Part shown: positions 61,801-64,000 of the stretch, one piece after another
Numbering within the stretch: the first letter of the stretch is position 1
How the letters are laid out: the number at the start of each line of letters is the position of its first letter
Assembly (NCBI RefSeq): GCF_009914755.1
Contig: NC_060930.1
From: the human T2T-CHM13v2.0 reference genome, Homo sapiens
Direction: 5' to 3' (one strand)
Length of the DNA stretch: 64,000 bases
Position numbers and translations under genes: made by a program
The notes under the pieces: model-generated
Told to the model about the DNA's origin: nothing
Database searches by the model: none
Seen by the model: the letters and a program-made list of their open reading frames with translations, nothing else

Positions 61801-62296
61801 ATTGCATGATATAAAATATAACACAGTTTGAGGATTTTAGCAAAAGTGGGAAACATTCTTGTAGCCCAATCCCTAGAAATACTCAAAGTTCAGAATAGGA
61901 GAACTCAAACTCTGAACTCAAAGTTCAGAGTGAGTGGATGACAGTCATCTTGATTATTAGGAATAATGTTGGCTATTCATAATCATTATCTTCACTAAAA
62001 GAAACCGCTGGATGAGCCATTCTTTCTTCTTTCTCTTCTCTTACTCACTTTTCACGACCAATGCATAGAAACAGACAACAGTGGTATTTAAAGCTAAACC
62101 TGGAGAACAAATCTTTGGAAATAATAGCAGATCTTCCCACAGAGGTTTCGAATTAGGGTGTCTTAGAGAGAACCAGTAAAGGATTGATGTAGTTTTAGAA
62201 CTCAAAAACAGAGAAAAACACACCAAACCAAAAGTAATTCTCCCCAAGGAAAAAAATACTAACATAAAGTTCTTTGCTATGCTTTTATTTTCAAGC

Positions 62297-62515
62297 AAAC
62301 AATTATTGAGTGCTTTCTATATGCCAGATATTGGTCTAAATGACGTATGTGTAACTTATAACAATCCTGTATTGAAGGGTCTATTATTTGTGTTTAACAC
62401 ATAATTGATACCAAAAGATGAAGTAACTTTCACCAAGTCCTGTAACTTACCAGTGATGGAGCCAGAATTTGAACCAGACAGACTTGGTTCCAGAACAGAA
62501 ACCCTGAACTCCTGC
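62297..62515 (-). mobile_element. MIR
   Basis: aattattgagtgctttctatatgccag…gtgatggagccagaatttgaaccagacagacttggttccagaa. Confidence 0.7.
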
Positions 62516-62655
62516 CCCATGTTGCTTACCATTTGTGAGGCTGGAGGAGGGACAAGTCCAAGCCTGCCAGTCTGCCTTCCACTCTCTCTGACTGCATTTT
62601 CTAAAAATGAATTATGCAGACAATACCCCCTTAACAAACTGGAAATCCCTTTTAA

Positions 62656-62958
<303 letters not shown>

Positions 62959-63089
62959 TTAATCTTTTTTTACAGGGAAGAAAATTATTAGCAAATCAAC
63001 CTCCAACTTTTCAGGATCACCTAGGCTAGTCCTTTTTTCAGATATAAATGACTAAGTAAAAATCATTAGCTACTAAGTGGGGGGGAAAA

Positions 63090-64000
63090 AACCCCACACA
63101 AACACGAAAGGGAAGAATGAAGAGAAATAGATCCAATGAATTACCCCACAGAGAAATGATTATTTAATGTAAGAACAAAATGAAAATAAAATTTTCCTGA
63201 ATTATCAGAAAAATTCAAGAGAACGTTTTATCCATAGAATGAATAGATGCTTCTGTGGAAAAGGAACAAACTGCAGAACAGACAAGGAGATGGTGATAGA
63301 AATTTAAAATTTTAAGTTAGTAGGAGGCTGAAAAATAAAATGGAATTTCAGAAGAACAAATATGTAATCTGGAAGAAAAAAATGTAGAGATTCTCTTAGA
63401 ATAGGGAAAAAGACAAATTTATAAAAATTTCATAAATGATAAAAAAAACCAAAAGGAAATGGATCAGGGAAGAAAAAATTATAAATGTGCAACATCCACT
63501 TATTAGGGACTCCAGGAAAATTAATTGACCCCATCCCTACAAAAATATGTATTACTAGAATGAAAAGCTCAATACTTACAGAGTGAGATGAATGAATAAA
63601 AAGTTCACACCTAGTTGTTAAGTTGTTAACATTTAACAATTGCAAAAATCAAGTTAAAAATTTACCGCAGTTGGAAAACAAAAATAAACTAGAGAATATA
63701 CACTCAAACAGGTCATCCCCCATATAAAGATAACTATGAGCTTTAAATTGACTTTAGGAATGCAAGATATCAAAACAGTTTGAAGCAAGGCATTCAAAGG
63801 CTTGGAAAAAATGATTTTGAAGATTGATTTATAGACCTATTTAACTCATTAATGAATAATGAGAACAAAATACATTTTTATGTACACAGAAAATAAATGT
63901 TGACATCTATATACTATTTAAGGAAAACATACTCAAATATATACTACAGCATATTGAACAAATAGCCTAAGAGAAAAAGATATGAAGTATATGAAGCAAC
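63090..64000 (+). mobile_element. Ancient L1M ORF1-region remnant running off the window end
   Basis: A-rich; gaagaacaaatatgtaatctggaaga, caacatccacttattagggactccaggaa, aaaagttcacacctag. Confidence 0.6.

Overview
AT-rich, gene-poor primate DNA, most likely human (AluJ/S/Y, L1PA/L1PB/L1M, MIR, L2, MLT and MER repeats). I find no intact protein-coding gene, RNA gene or CRISPR array. Almost all ORFs in the track are L1 ORF2 remnants, Alu translations or chance ORFs. The only gene-derived sequence is a full-length processed pseudogene of RHOA on the minus strand (~26741-28290), with 2 stops, 2 frameshifting deletions and an A-rich tail. It has two unusual properties: a 64-nt extra segment between the exon-1 and exon-2 homologies that looks like a captured alternative splice form, and a CpG-rich 5' end that has not decayed. 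Other points of interest are an old L1M spanning both termini and containing a ~140-bp inverted duplication, a complex duplication/Alu-fragment junction at ~46.7-47.2 kb, and a very young AluYa5-like insertion. I see no evidence of a new biological system; the findings are mostly genome-evolution scars. Repeat subfamily calls and RHOA comparisons rely on consensus sequences recalled from memory and need RepeatMasker/BLAST confirmation.
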